Assembly (NCBI RefSeq): GCF_006345805.1 | Contig: NC_043011.1 | Coordinates: forward strand, 31,508,464 to 31,572,463 | DNA from: Octopus sinensis | Lineage: Eukaryota | DNA: 64,000 nt | Reading direction: 5' to 3' | Shown: one piece after another, positions 38,131-51,262 of the stretch | Layout of the letters: every line of letters begins with the position of its first letter | Position numbering within the stretch: position 1 is the stretch's first letter | Made by a program: the position numbers and the translations under genes | The notes under the pieces: model-generated | What the model was told of the DNA's origin: nothing | What the model saw: the letters and a program-made list of their open reading frames with translations, nothing else | Database searches by the model: none

Positions 38131-38489
38131 ACATAGATACACACATGCACGCGCGCGCACGCACGCTCTCACACAGACATTTACATACAATCATATAGCA
38201 GAGGCGCGTGGTTTAGTGGTTTGGGTGTTGCACGCATGATCGTAATATTGTGGTTTCGATTCCTGCACCGAGCGATGGGTCGTTTTTGAGCAAAAAAGCT
38301 TAATTTTACAATGTTCAGTTAGCAAAATGTAAAATGAGTTATCTTGAGCTCGACTTGAGCACTTCTATGCGATCAGTATTTTTCCTATGAAAGATATAAC
38401 TATATATATACCCGTTCAGAAGGTGCCATACTCCACAGAACCGTGGGACCGACCTTATGATGCTACAGATCAGGAGATCCTTCTGACGT

Positions 38490-38850
38490 ATATCTTTTAT
38501 CATTAGACTGCGGCCATACTGGGGCACCCCCTTGAAGAATTTTGATTGAACTAATCGACCCCAGTGCTTTTCCTTTTTTCTGTTTTTTTTTTTTGTGATT
38601 TTTTTTTCTTTTCAAGCCTGATACCTTGTCAATCGTTCTCTTTTGCCGAAGTGTTAGGATATGGGGACGTAAACACATCAACACCGGTTGTCAAGCGGTG
38701 GTAGGAGACAGACACAAAGACACACAGGCACAAAGACAGACAGACAGATAGACAGACAGACAGACAGACAGATAGACAGACAGATAGACAGACAGACAGA
38801 TAGACAGACAGACAGTTAGACAGACAGACACACAGACACACAGACACACA

Positions 38851-38880
<30 letters not shown>
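38490..38880 (-). mobile_element. SINE family A 3' half plus (CAGA)n
   Basis: Tail motifs recognisable. Confidence 0.8.
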
Positions 38881-38884
<4 letters not shown>

Positions 38885-39544
38885 ATATAGACTATATACA
38901 TATATACAAATACATGCTTTATGGTATTTCGTTCGTCTTTACATTCTGAGTTCAAATTCCCCCGAAGTCGACTTCACTCTTCATTCTTTCGGAGTCGATA
39001 AAATAAGTACCAGATGGGTTCTAGGGTCGATGCTATCGACTCCCGCCACCCGTAATCGCTGGCCTTTTGCCAAAATTTGAAAATAATATATTTTTACATA
39101 TTTTCTCATACTGGTAAGTGATAAAACTTCTTTATGAGAAATTTGCTTTATCAACACCTACTGCTTACCCTGAGTATCTATACACGGCATATACCCGTAT
39201 TGTATTATAACTTCTTTAAATACCCCGCATTCCAGAATGTGGTTACAGTACTACTGTGTTGAACTACCATCATAAATACTAGAAAGCCTTAATCAACAGC
39301 GGGAACACAAGTTTTACGAACATCTGGGGCCGAAGATGTTTGTTTTTGATCCCCTAATCGAAACATTAAAACTCTTTTGATCTCACCGAACAAGGATGTG
39401 GTTGTCATGCCGACCAAAACTTCCCACCCAAGTTATCACTTTTATTTTTATGATCGTTTGAAATTCACGGAAGGATTCTAAGATCATCGATTTTCTCTGC
39501 TACTGTCGCTTTGGACCCTAAACATGTGTGCCCAGCCGCTTCCC

Positions 39545-39900
39545 TTGTTGTTGTTGTTGTTGTTGTTCTTCTTCTTCTTCTTCTTCTTCTTCTTCTTCTT
39601 CTTCTTCTTGCTGATGCTACTACTGTTGATGTTTTCCTTTTCTTCTTTTTCCTCCTCCTCCTCCTCCTCCTCCTCTCTATTTTGTTGCTGCTGCTGCTGT
39701 TGTTGTTGTTGTGTTGTTGTTGTTGTTGTTGTTCTTCTTTTCTTCTTCTTCTTCTTCTCTTCTTCTTCTTCTTCTTCTTCTTCTTCTTCTTCTTCTTGCT
39801 GCTGCTGCTGCTGTTGATGCCGTCGACATTGTTTTCGTGACAGTTGTTGATATCAATGCGATGATGTTGATAACGGTTAGTGACGTTGTTGTTGTTGCTG
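39545..39900. repeat. Compound trinucleotide microsatellite (GTT/CTT/CCT/GCT)
   Basis: Read directly from the sequence. Confidence 0.95.
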
Positions 39901-39940
39901 TTTAAACCTTGGTCAATCCTAATAGAGAAGACTTATGATC

Positions 39941-40149
39941 AAATACCTATTTCTTTACAGAGGGGACAAACAAGGGGATTAAGTCGATTATATCGACCCC
40001 AGTGCGTAACTGGTACTTAATTTATCGACCTCGAAAGGATGAAAGGCAAAGTCGACCTCGGCGGAATTTGAACTCAGAACATAAAGACAGACGAAATACC
40101 GCAAAGCATTTCGCCCGGCGTGCTAACGATTCTGCCAGCTCGCCGCCTT
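39941..40149 (-). mobile_element. SINE family C
   Basis: Head and body intact. Left end carries the multimer junction aaatacctatttcttta. Confidence 0.9.
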
Positions 40150-40197
40150 TCTCTTACTCTTTCTTCCTACTTCTGCCACAAAGCAGAGGAAACATTG

Positions 40198-40506
40198 TGT
40201 AACCCACTATGGTGTGGTAAACTTTCAGACCCTAGTCTAGATTGCGAATCCTCTGTACCCCAGGATGGTTCAGCTCTCCACCCGTTAAAAGCCACCGTTT
40301 ACGGAATGAGGATAACAACGTAGCTTTCGCGCCGACGACCCCTGTGCCGACGACCGCTTCTCTGTCTGGCGCATCTCTGTTTATATACTGTGAGTAGGGG
40401 GCGATTGACTGCCATCTCTAGTAAAGACTCAGAAACCATGGTCTACTGGTCTTGCCAAGCTGGAGGGGGAATGATTTGCCCCCTTACTCACAATATATCG
40501 GACACA
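40198..40506 (-). mobile_element. Possible solo LTR
   Basis: Minus strand starts TG, ends ..gggttaCA, internal tatataaa, about 300 bp. No exact TSD found. Confidence 0.35.
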
Positions 40507-41129
40507 TGTTGTGTGTTGTTAACCAGCCGGAAAAAAATGTTTTTCTGGGCTTAAAGTATAGTAACATAGTTTTTTATAGAACAGCCATGTTATAGTGGCA
40601 AAAAAAGACTTTACCGCCTCTCTCTACCCCCTCTCCTCCCTCTCCTCCCCTCTCTCCCCTTCTCTCCACTCTCCTCCCCCTCTCTCCACTCTCCTCCCCC
40701 TCTCTCCACTCTCCTCCCCCTCTCTCTATAGAAAGAAACCGACTTGTTTTTTTTTTGTAATAAATACATTCAAAGTAGCATCTTTTCATGGACCCTTAAA
40801 ATACTGCTGTGGATCCCCACTTTACTATTTTACATGTGTGAAACCTCACCCCCCAAAGTCCTACATAGACCACCCTACTCGAGATCATATGGACCCCGGT
40901 TGTGAACCATTACTCTACAGATTCGAACATTCCACACTGATTTAAAGGATTGACACTCAAAACAAATTGTAACTATTGCTGTCTTCTTCTTCTTCTTCTT
41001 CTTCCAATCAGGACTCACGCCATTAGTCACGAAGAATAATCTCTAATTCGAGCCTACTCTAAGCTACTAAGAATGCGTGTGGAAACTTGAAGATCCACCC
41101 ACCACACGCGATAGACTGGTGGCTGCATG

Positions 41130-41316
41130 GGCGCGAAAGCTACGTTGTTATCCTCATTCCGTAAACGGTGGCTTTTAACGGGTGGAGAGCTGAATCATCC
41201 TGGGGTACAGAGGATTCGCAATCTAGACTAGGGTCTGAAAGTTTACCACACCATAGTGGGTTACACCATGGTTCTTCTGCTTTGTGGCAGAAGTAGGAAG
41301 AAAGAGTAAGAGAAAG
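41130..41316. repeat. 187-bp inverted duplicate of 40147-40333
   Basis: I count 4 mismatches between the arms. Confidence 0.92.
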
Positions 41317-41478
41317 TTGTGGTGAAAGAGTACAGCGGGGTTCACCCCGCCCCCGCCGGAGCCTCAAGGAGCTTAGGTGTTTTTGCTCAATAAACACTCA
41401 CAATGCTCGGTCTGGGAATCGAAACCGCGTTCTTACGACAGCGAGTCCGCTGCCCTAACCACTGGGCCATTGCGCATC
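41317..41478 (-). mobile_element. SINE family D, 5' half
   Basis: Revcomp homolog of 37896-38057. Confidence 0.85.
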
Positions 41479-41484
41479 CACTGG

Positions 41485-41720
41485 CTGTTGCTGTTACTGT
41501 TGCTGTTGCAGTTGTTAATGTTCTTGTCATTCTTGTTGATGATGATGGCGGTGGTAGTGGTGGTGGTGGTGGTGGTGGCGAAAACGGCAATGACAACGAC
41601 GGTGTTATTGATGATGATGATGATAGTGGTGATGGTAGTGGTGGTGGTAGTTATGGTGATGGTGATGACGATGACGACGGTAGTGATGATGATGACGACG
41701 ACGACGATGACGATGATGAT
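41485..41720. repeat. Compound trinucleotide microsatellite (GTT/GGT/GAT/GAC)
   Basis: Read directly from the sequence. Confidence 0.93.
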
Positions 41721-42039
41721 CTATCTTTGGTGGGCGACTTGAGAGAATTTGGTTGCTATTTCTAGCAGATTGAGTGACCACATAGAGAAGTTATTCACAA
41801 AATAAATCGCACAAAATTGATAATGGGCCACCGTGACATTTGCGTATTTAGGAAAAAAATTGCATAATTTGTATGCATATTGATCACAAGTTTTTCACCA
41901 TATCACGCTAATTTTCTCTTTTCTTTATTTAATTTGATGTTAACTCATCAAATATTGTTAGTACCCATAATCATGGTACCAGAATCTTTAGAATGTAGTG
42001 GTGGTGGAGGTGGGGGGGGATAAACCTTTCTTCAACTCT

Positions 42040-42530
42040 TCATGTTCTGATTTCAAAGTCTGTCGATATCAACTTTGCCTTTCATTCTTTTGGGTGTCGA
42101 TAAAATGAAATACCAATCGAGTGCTGAGATTGACGGAATATACTAACCCCCACCTCAGAAATTTCAGGTTTTATCTACGGCATTTCTGGCTCTTTATGTT
42201 CTGAGTTCAAATTCCACCGAAGTCAACTTTTCCTTTGATCCTTTCGAGGAACGATAAAATAGATACCAGTTAATTACTGGAGTCGATGTAATCGACTTAC
42301 TCCTCTCCTTGGAATTGTTATCCCTGTACTAAAATTCGAAGCTATTATAAATTAAGCGAGCTGGCAGAACTATTAGCATGCCGGGCAAAATTCTTCCAAA
42401 TGTACGTTCTGAGTTCAAATTCTGCCGAAGTTGTCTTGGCCTTTCATCCTTTCGGGGTTGATAAAATAGGTACTAGGGTCGATGTAATCGATTTGTTCCC
42501 TCCGCTAAAATTTCAGACATTTTGCGCCTA
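42040..42530 (+). mobile_element. Three diverged SINE family C fragments
   Basis: The ttctgagttcaaatt..ctttcatcctttcg..gtcgataaaat motif is seen three times. Confidence 0.75.
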
Positions 42531-42573
42531 TAGCAGAAAGAATTGTTGTTGGGTAATTTTTTTTATTAACATA

Positions 42574-42975
42574 GGCGTAGGAGTGGTTGTGTAGTAAGCA
42601 GCTTACTTACCAACCACGTAGTCCCGGGTTCAGTCTCACTGCGTGGCACCTTGGACAAGTGTCTTCTACTATAGCTTCTAGCCGACCAAAGCCTTGTGAG
42701 TGGATTTGGTAGACGAAAACTGGAAGAAGCTCGTCGTATATGTATGTGTGTGTATACGTTTGTGTGTCTGTGTTTGTCCCACAACATCGCTTGACAACCG
42801 ATGCTGGTGTGTTTACGTCCCCGTAACTTAGCGGTTCGGCAAAGGAGAACCGATTAGAATAAGTACTAGGCTTACAAAAGAATAAGGTCTGGGGTCGATT
42901 TGCTCGACTAAAAGCGGTGCTCCAGCATGGCCGCAGTCAAATGACTGAAACAAGTAAAAGAGTAAAAAGAGAGTA
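42574..42975 (+). mobile_element. SINE family A, full length
   Basis: Head, central domain, internal microsatellite and (GAGTAAAA)n-like tail. Confidence 0.93.
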
Positions 42976-43529
42976 AATGAGTATTGATTTTTGATTTTTC
43001 ATCGATACAAAAACAGAAAATAAATAAATAACTGTGTCATGACACAGAAAAGGTTTTGCATTATCAGCATAGACGTCACTGCGTTGGCTCGGCAAGTGAA
43101 GTTGGCTTAGTTAGTTTAAAGCTTTCCTAATGCGTAATGGCAGTCGGCTTCCAGCTGACAACTACGTGGCTTTCGCGTGTAATAAATTGGGAAATTGTTT
43201 ACAACCCCGCTCTCTTTATTAATGAAAACAACAAACGATTATGCATTCATATAATTCTTCTTACTACTGCATGACGTTGGACAAGTTGAAGTGTTATACC
43301 GAAATTAATGCAAAAATGGGCAGAATGTTTTCATTAATTGACGTAGGTCGTTCAAATCGCGCTTGTTGATAGAGCGTCTCTTCCTCTGTTGGAACTCTCC
43401 TTTTTTTTTATTTATTTCATCGCCAGCAAATAATAGGTTCCGATCAGAAGTAACGTAACGTCATTGAGTTCATGAAAAAGAAGAGGTACAGGCTGACCAA
43501 TATCCACATATGGTTATGGTGTTTTTTCC

Positions 43530-43830
43530 GTTTTTTTTTTTGTTTTCCTTTTCACAATGCTGACACCATTGACGAGAATAATGTACACAGATGTATGAAA
43601 AACTTTCAAGAATGGAAATCTGCACTGAGGACAAAACGTTCGTTGGGAAGCTCATCACTTGAGACCATTGATACGAATCGCCAGCCAGTGAACAGATTGA
43701 TTCACGTGGATAAACGATGTGTAAGGTTGCTGCAAGACGGGACTTTGATCACAATACATTACAGAAAATGGTGGACGGCTTTGAGAATTGGAAAGTGTGT
43801 ACAGAGTGAGGACTTTGGCAGTTAACACAA
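43530..43830 (+). pseudogene. Possible old mariner transposase N-terminal (HTH) remnant
   Basis: With frameshifts: DTIDENNVHR..NFQE(G)N..EDKTFVG..TMCKVAARRDFDHNT, resembling QRWFxKFxxGxxxLEDxxRSGRP..TxRELA. Confidence 0.4.
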
Positions 43831-44428
43831 AATTTGAAGAAGAGAAGACTTATCACACATTAATTTGTTCACTTCCTTTTTCAAACCTCACATCCTCCTG
43901 TGAAAAGCACTGCTTTATTGTGTGGCTGATCAAACTAAACTAGCTTTCTAGCTCTTGTTTCTATCCTGACCATTCTGGTTTCAAATCACACCAATTCAGT
44001 TTTAACACATGTCTTACGCATGAAAAATTCAACATCTCCTGTCGTCGAAGTCGTCTTCGTTGCTGCTAATTATGTTGTTTTGTTGTTGTTGCTTTTTAAG
44101 CAACAGCACAACCCTGATCTAGTAAAACCTACCATCAAAAACTTTACAGCCGCAACAATATCACTTTTTATTTACACATAGTATACTCGGCAGAACAACG
44201 TTATCCAACCTCTGTCTTTCTGTCTATCTTTCTGTCTTTCTGTCTGTCTTTCTGTCTTTCTGTCTGTCTGTCTTTCTGTCTCTCTGTCTGTCTCTCTCTC
44301 TTTGGTCGTTTCATCGGCAAGCGGGAGAGTATCAGTAATGTATTAAAGAAGACATAGTGAAATTCACATTTCCAGCTATTACACAGCCGCTTGTTCACCT
44401 GCTGAAAAGAAATTCTCATCGCCACCAC

Positions 44429-44429
<1 letters not shown>

Positions 44430-44519
<90 letters not shown>

Positions 44520-44537
44520 AATGATAATAATAATAAA
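44430..44537. repeat. (TAA)n microsatellite
   Basis: Read directly from the sequence. Confidence 0.97.
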
Positions 44538-45091
44538 TGCCCTGATGCAGTACCAGGCAGTGGCTCTCATGGCTTCTGATCTTAACTGATTGGAAGCGTT
44601 ATCATGTACATTGTTTTGTCTTGGTATAAAAGATGGGCTACAGCAAATATTCTGCTCAATACCACAGGTTTGCTTGTCAGTTGCTTGACCGTAACCAGTT
44701 GAGCATGTCCCTTAGTGGCTGACGATATGTGCATCTCTGATCACGAGCAGAAGTAGTGGGGAGCATCATAGCCATGTGTTGAGAGGGATTCTTTGGGGTT
44801 TGAATGATTCACCTCTGGAAACATGGGTGTTTCATTCAACATCCTTAAACAACCCTTATTCAGGGACCGTTTGAGCGGGATGGGCTACTCAACCTGAAGA
44901 AAATTCTAACTGGGCCCCACCTGCAAGGTCATGTGCTGTTTATCTTGATATGAGATCACCATGTCGCGCACATATGGTTGTGATGCATGTGCCTGGTGTG
45001 CCCTTATCAGACGGGTAGTCATGATGGGTATATTGGGCTTCGTATATTTTACCCCAGTGTCACTTTGATGGCACGAACTGCTCTCTCACTC
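44538..45091. mobile_element. ~550-bp non-coding interspersed element flanked on both sides by (TAA)n
   Basis: Second copy at 49028-49355 has the same left boundary next to (TAA)n. No A/B box, TIR or ORF seen. Confidence 0.8.
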
Positions 45092-45133
45092 AATAATAAT
45101 AATAACAATAACAATAACAATAATAATAATAAA

Positions 45134-45166
<33 letters not shown>

Positions 45167-45179
45167 ATTAATAATAATA

Positions 45180-45256
<77 letters not shown>

Positions 45257-45284
45257 AATAATAATAATATTAATAATAATAATA

Positions 45285-45322
<38 letters not shown>

Positions 45323-45352
45323 AATAATAATGATAATAATAATAATAATAAT
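45092..45352. repeat. (TAA)n/(GAT)n compound microsatellite
   Basis: Read directly from the sequence. Confidence 0.97.
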
Positions 45353-45569
45353 CCTTTCTACTAAAGGCACAAGACCTGAAATTTTGTGGGGATGGGGAAT
45401 AGTCGATATCATCGACCCCAGTGTTTCACTGGTATTTAATTTATCGACCCCGAAAGGACTAAAGGTAAAGTAGACCTGACGACATTCGATGCAATCGATT
45501 TATCCTCTCCCGCAAAATTGCTTGCCTAGTGCCAAATTTTGGAATCATCATCATCATCATCATCATCAC

Positions 45570-45617
<48 letters not shown>

Positions 45618-46794
45618 GGCGTCGAACGGGCAGAATCGTTAGCACGCCGAGCAACTTAGCTTTCTGACCTGTATTATCATTCTGATGCCTTTGTCTCGAC
45701 ATGTCTATGGCCTTCGGGGATCATTGGTATTTGCAAATCAATTTTGGTGTCTTCTGATCTCATGTCATTTTCCATTTATCCTACTTTGATCACTCTCCCA
45801 AACGCGTTACAAAAGTGACTACTAGCAACGGATATATGTCGTTTCTGATATCTCTTACTATCACTCTCGTGTCTTTTTTAATCCATGTACTGGAGCTGTA
45901 ATTTATAGTCAGAGGTATATAAAATAATTTTAATCTGTATTTTAGCTGGGCCTTCTGTTTTGAAAGGTACAACAGACAGTCCAATAACGTGCGCCTTCTT
46001 CAGAGAAAATATCTTCTCTCGATATATTTTCGCAACCCTGCTTTAGCAGTTGATGTGAGGATATAGTCCGCTTCCCTCATTTCGTAAACGGATACATAAT
46101 TTTTCCTTTTGCTCTCTTCTGGATTAGTTTTTATGACAAAGAACTGCTCTTTGGTTTTACAAAATTCTCGCATTTACACTTTTCTTGCAACGGCGGTAGC
46201 TCTAAATCTTCCATCTGTTCAGTTTGTATTAAGAGACCGTTTCCCTTAACACAACTGCTGTATGAACGGACTACATTGTCTAACTTTGTGTAATCGTCAC
46301 TGCTGCTGTTGTTACTACATTTGCTGTCTTTGAAACTACTGGAGTGTTCGCGACATTTTCTTCTATCAATTGTTTTCTTGATTCGATACTGTTAATTTTC
46401 TCTTTCTTGTACATTCAGTTGCGTGCTTTGCTTTTACACTGCTTCTATATATATATATATATGAATTTACATTTATTAAATTTGGGATATATTGGGGTAC
46501 TTAATTGTGCTCATGATTTAGTGTTTGCTTCTTCCATGGGTATAAGTAAGTATTTCCATGGGTATAAGTATTTCATTTATTTCTTTGCCGCATTTATCAC
46601 TGACGAAGAGAAGGTTCTTATGAACTAACTCTGAAATCGGGTCCGATATGGTAATAACGGAATTTTTTAGAAATTTCTGTCGGCTTTCTTCGAAACGCGT
46701 GCTTATAGTGATGAATTATATGGTTATGAACGATGTATCTAGTTTCAGCATATTTGGCATCAGAATTTTTTTTCTTTTGCCTTTGTTTATAAGT

Positions 46795-46858
46795 ATACAT
46801 ACATACATACATACATACATACATACATACATAATACATACATACATACATACATACA

Positions 46859-46890
<32 letters not shown>

Positions 46891-46915
46891 CATACATACA
46901 TACATACATACATAT
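46795..46915. repeat. (TACA)n microsatellite
   Basis: Read directly from the sequence. Confidence 0.97.
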
Positions 46916-47756
46916 AAAACTGATTCGTATTTCGTATGCTTGCAATATCAGGTTAGATTTTATGATGGCGCAGAAGCTGTGCACAGCAGAGACGGATTCT
47001 ATCAAGTGGAAAAGACTACTTATCGTCTACTTAGCACTACAAAATCCCCGTATCTTTGTGAACCAAATAGGATTACATTATTTCAGGTCATCGTACTATT
47101 CGGAAACACATAATTTGTCATCTTTGTTATAAATCCGGATACATTGAGAGAGATACTTGAAATTCCGGCGACTGTTAGACTACCGCACTGATTACAGATG
47201 GCAAAAGAATGGTGTGGCTCTTCTGTAGTGCTGGATTCCATTATAAAATCCGGATTGTGTTGGCGTTGTAGTAATGTACTCAACTGTTGCACATGCCTTT
47301 GGGTGCTTCAGGGACAGTATGCGTGTCATGTGAGGAGTCTTTCATTTTAGGTATAATTGATGCTTTCATAGATGCTCTGTGATCCGCCTATAGCACAAAG
47401 TTTATTGTTTTGTGTTTTTTGCACATTACTGTAGGGACATGGGACTTGACCAAACCCGGCGTAATCCATGATAGGGCTAATATAATATTTGCACACTAAT
47501 GTTGCTTTCTGTTAACCAAAATGAACGCTCTAACAGTGCTTGACCGCGTACATTCTTTCAGAGTGCTCTAAGAGTGCTTGACCAAGTAAATGCTTTACGA
47601 GTGCTTTAACAGTGTTTGTACATCGGTTTCCTTTCTTTATTCTGCTTTTGTGTTTACTGTAAACTTGGAAAAGTTTGTTATATTTAATATATTTGCTTTC
47701 TGTATGGCGATATGCTTTTTGTTTCTATTTTTTTTACGACTGACTGTGACGGTTGT

Positions 47757-47795
47757 ATTGGGCTGGCCAAAAAGTCCGTTTGGATTTTATCGATA
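47757..47795. mobile_element. Isolated mariner-type TIR
   Basis: TA ttgggctggccaaaaagtcc resembles the TIR of the element at 26098. Confidence 0.5.
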
Positions 47796-48904
47796 CTGCA
47801 AGGGGTCATATGGCTGTACGGATCAGTTATTGATCAATAAAGCCATAGCTGAAGACAGCTTTCGACGGTATTCCACACACATGAATCCTGGAAACACTAG
47901 CCATAAGCAAGGTAGCGCCAATAATAATAAAATATATAAAACATTCCATGAATAAATGGCAAACTGTACTGCAGTTCCAGACAAAAAGACTCATAAAAAC
48001 TAAAGCCATTCCACTTAGAAGAGGAATAAACCAGGGTGATACGCTCTCTCCACTCCTTTTCTACTTGGAACTGACGACTTTAACTGACATGCTAATCAGA
48101 ACTGGATGTGGATACAACTGCTACATTAAAACAAGCAGCTATCTCATGTCTATGGATGATCTAAAACTGTATGCTGCAAATGACAAACAGCTGCAAACAT
48201 TACTATTGACAGTGCATGGATTTACCAAAGAAATTAACATGAAATTCGGCTTGGAAAATTGTGCCAAGGCAACCTGGAAAAGAGGAAAACTAGTTAAGAA
48301 TAAACAATATCACACTAGATAAAGCAAATGAAATAAGAGAATTAGACCAAAGTCAGACATACAATTACTTAGAAATCAATGAACTAGACACGGTATAACG
48401 CAAACAGACGAAAGAGAAGATAAAGGAAAACTATAGACGAGTTAGATTAATACTTTAAACAGAACTCAATGCGAAAAACGAGATAATTGATATCAACACT
48501 CTAGCCGTCCCAGTTATAAGTTACAGCTACAATATTCTTAACTGGACTCTAAATGAAACAAACTAGACGGGAAAACAAAAACAAAGAAATTGATAATGAC
48601 AGAATTTAGGATGCACCACCCAAAATCTGACATAGAAAGGTTATATATATATAAATTGAAGGTTGTAAAAGCCTTATACAACTAGAAAACTATTATAAAA
48701 TAACCACCATAATAATAAAAATCTTGAGAAACACATGGAACAAATAGGGGCTGCAATCATAGTGGAGAACTTGCAAAAAACAGCACTGCTTGGAACCGCT
48801 CGAATACTCCGGATGGTGCTTGAAAAATAAATTTGTTACCTTAGTTCACTGGTATTGAACAGCTGGCGCCGTAGTACATCCCCAGCGTTAGACGCTGTGT
48901 AAAG

Positions 48905-48910
<6 letters not shown>
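47796..48910 (+). mobile_element. R4/Dong-type RLE non-LTR retrotransposon, 5'-truncated and internally deleted
   Basis: GSYGCTDQLLINKAI; RRGINQGDTLSPLLF; MDDLKLYA; MKFGLENCA; terminal LQKTALLGTARILRMVL*; short 3'UTR ending in (TAA)n. Confidence 0.82.
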
Positions 48911-49027
<117 letters not shown>

Positions 49028-49355
49028 TGTCCTGATGCAGTACCAGACAGTGGCTGTGTTATCATGTACATTGTTTTGTCTTGGTATAAAAGATGGGCTA
49101 CAGCAAATATTCTGCTCAATACCACAGATTTGCTTGTCAGTTGTTTGACCTTAACCAGTTGAGCATGTCCCTTAGTGATTGACGATATGTGCATCTCTGA
49201 TGACGAGCAGAAGTAGTAGGGGAGCATCATAGCCATGTGTTGAGAGGGATTCTTTGGAGTTTGAATAATTCACCTCTGGAAACATGGGTGTTTCGTTCAA
49301 CATCCTTAAACAATCCTTATTAAGGAACCTTTTGAGCGGGATGGGCTACTTGACC
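49028..49355. mobile_element. Truncated second copy of the 44538-45091 element
   Basis: Collinear with the first copy, with one ~30-bp deletion near the left end. Confidence 0.88.
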
Positions 49356-49919
49356 ATACTGGAGCACCGCCTTGAAGAAATTTTAGTTGACTGAATCAAC
49401 CCACGTAGACGTGAATCAACCACGTTCTATCGATATCTTTTGTCGAACCGCTAAGTTGCGGGGACATAAGTACACCAACACCGGTTGTCAAGCAGTCATG
49501 GACACACACACACGCACAGATATATTATATATATGGCAAGTGTCTTCTGCTATAGCCTCAGGCCGACCAAAACCTTGTGAGTAGATTTGGAAGACGGAAA
49601 TTGAAAGAAGCCCGTCGTAAATATGTGTGTTTGTCTGTATATGTGTGTGTGTGTGTGTGTTTGTGCGCGCTTATGTGTGTGTGAGTGTGTCTTTACGTCT
49701 CTGTTTGTGCCCCCTCCATCGCTTGATAACTGGTATTGGTATATTTAGATCACCGTAACTACCGGCTCTGCAAAAAGAGACTGATAGAATAAGCATGTTT
49801 TGTAGAAAAATAAATTTAGCATGTTTTATCTTACAAACATTGAAAGAGATTTAAAAAGGAATTTTGTGATGGGGAAAAGGTATGATTCTGTGCATATAAA
49901 TACAACGCTGTGGCTGTAT

Positions 49920-50131
49920 TCTTTTATTCTTTTATTTGTTTCAGTCATTGAACTGTGGCCATGCTGGAGCATCGCATTTAGTCGAACAAATCGACCCCAG
50001 GGTTTATTCTTTGTAAGTCTAGTACTTATTCTATTGGTCTCCTTTACCGAACCGCTAAGTTTCGGGGACGTGAACAACATCGGTTGTCAAGTGATGGCGG
50101 TGGTGGTGGGGTAACAAACACACACACGCAA

Positions 50132-50205
<74 letters not shown>

Positions 50206-51262
50206 CAAAAGCTCTGCAGTAGGTCTCGAGATGAACCGCATGAAAACAAAGTTCATGCGGTCAGACAACGTACCAACAGGTCGAATGGTGATCGGCAGTG
50301 ATGAAATAGAGGAGGTAAGGGAATATGTCTACCTGGGACAGGAAGTAAATATGCGCCGAGATATCGAAAAGGAGATCTCACGGAGAGTAAGGGCCGGATG
50401 GAAGGCGTTCAATGGCATAAGGGATGTGCTCAAGGGAAGGTTGGACAGGACCACCCGCGCCAACCTCATTAACAGTGCAGTTCTGCCTGCAATGTTATAT
50501 GGTAGTGAAACATGGGCTACCACAAAGAGAGAAGAGCAAAGACTGGTAACGGCTCAAAGAGTCATGGAAAGGTCAATGCTTGGTATCTCGTTGAGAGAGC
50601 ACATAAGTAGCGAGATCATCAGAAAGAAGTCCGGCGTGAGAGATGTCATCGCAGAGTATACATGCAGCAAGTATAGATGGGCTGGACACGTCGCCCGGCT
50701 CACCGATAATCGGTGGACGCACGCAGTTGTCGAGTGGTACCCGCGCGAGCGGAAAAGACCACCCGGAAGACCTCCACGACGGTGGAGTTACGATTTCAGG
50801 AGGACGATTGGGATCACGTGGATGAGAAAGGCAAGATCCAGAGAAGAGTGGACAGCGTGCTGTGACCAGCGGTGTCAAATGGACGCCTGACAGACTGGTC
50901 GGTCAAGGTGATCAAGGTGATATATATATATATATATATATATACGACGGGCTTCTTTCAGTTTCCGTCTACCGAATCCACTCACAAGTCTTTAGTCAGC
51001 CCGAGGTCATAGTAGAAGTCACTGGCCCAAGGTGCCACGCAGTGGGACTTAACTCGGAACCATGTGGTCGGGAAGCAAGCTTCTTACCTCGCAGCCATAC
51101 GACGGGTTTCTTTCAGTTTCCGTCTACCGAATCCACTCACAAGTCTTTAGTCAGCCCGAGGCCATAGTAGAAGTCACTGGCCCAAGGTGCCACGCAGTGG
51201 GACTGAACTCGGAACCATGTGGTCGGGAAGCAAGCTTCTTACCTCGCAGCCACGCTTGCGCC
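49920..51262 (-). mobile_element. SINE family A split by the RTE insertion; head duplicated in tandem
   Basis: Tail half at 49920-50120. Head half as two 155-bp units, 50942-51096 and 51097-51251. Confidence 0.88.
50205..50920 (+). mobile_element. RTE-clade LINE, 5'-truncated 3' end with open frame
   Basis: GLEMNRMKTK..YVYLGQ..EISRRVRAGW..VLPAMLYGSETW..WAGHVAR..NRWT..KRPPGRPPRRW, uninterrupted to the stop at 50890. Short 3'UTR ending (TCAAGGTGA)2. Confidence 0.95.

Noticed and set aside
44987-45473. Poly-N/D/M/I ORFs, and similar ones at 30875-31284, 39511-39905 and 41377-41765
   Set aside because: Trinucleotide microsatellite artefacts, open in several frames and on both strands.
47097-47165. 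CHLCYKSGYIERDT resembling a CCHC zinc knuckle
   Set aside because: Both the His and the last Cys are missing and a stop follows. Too little to call gag or ORF1.
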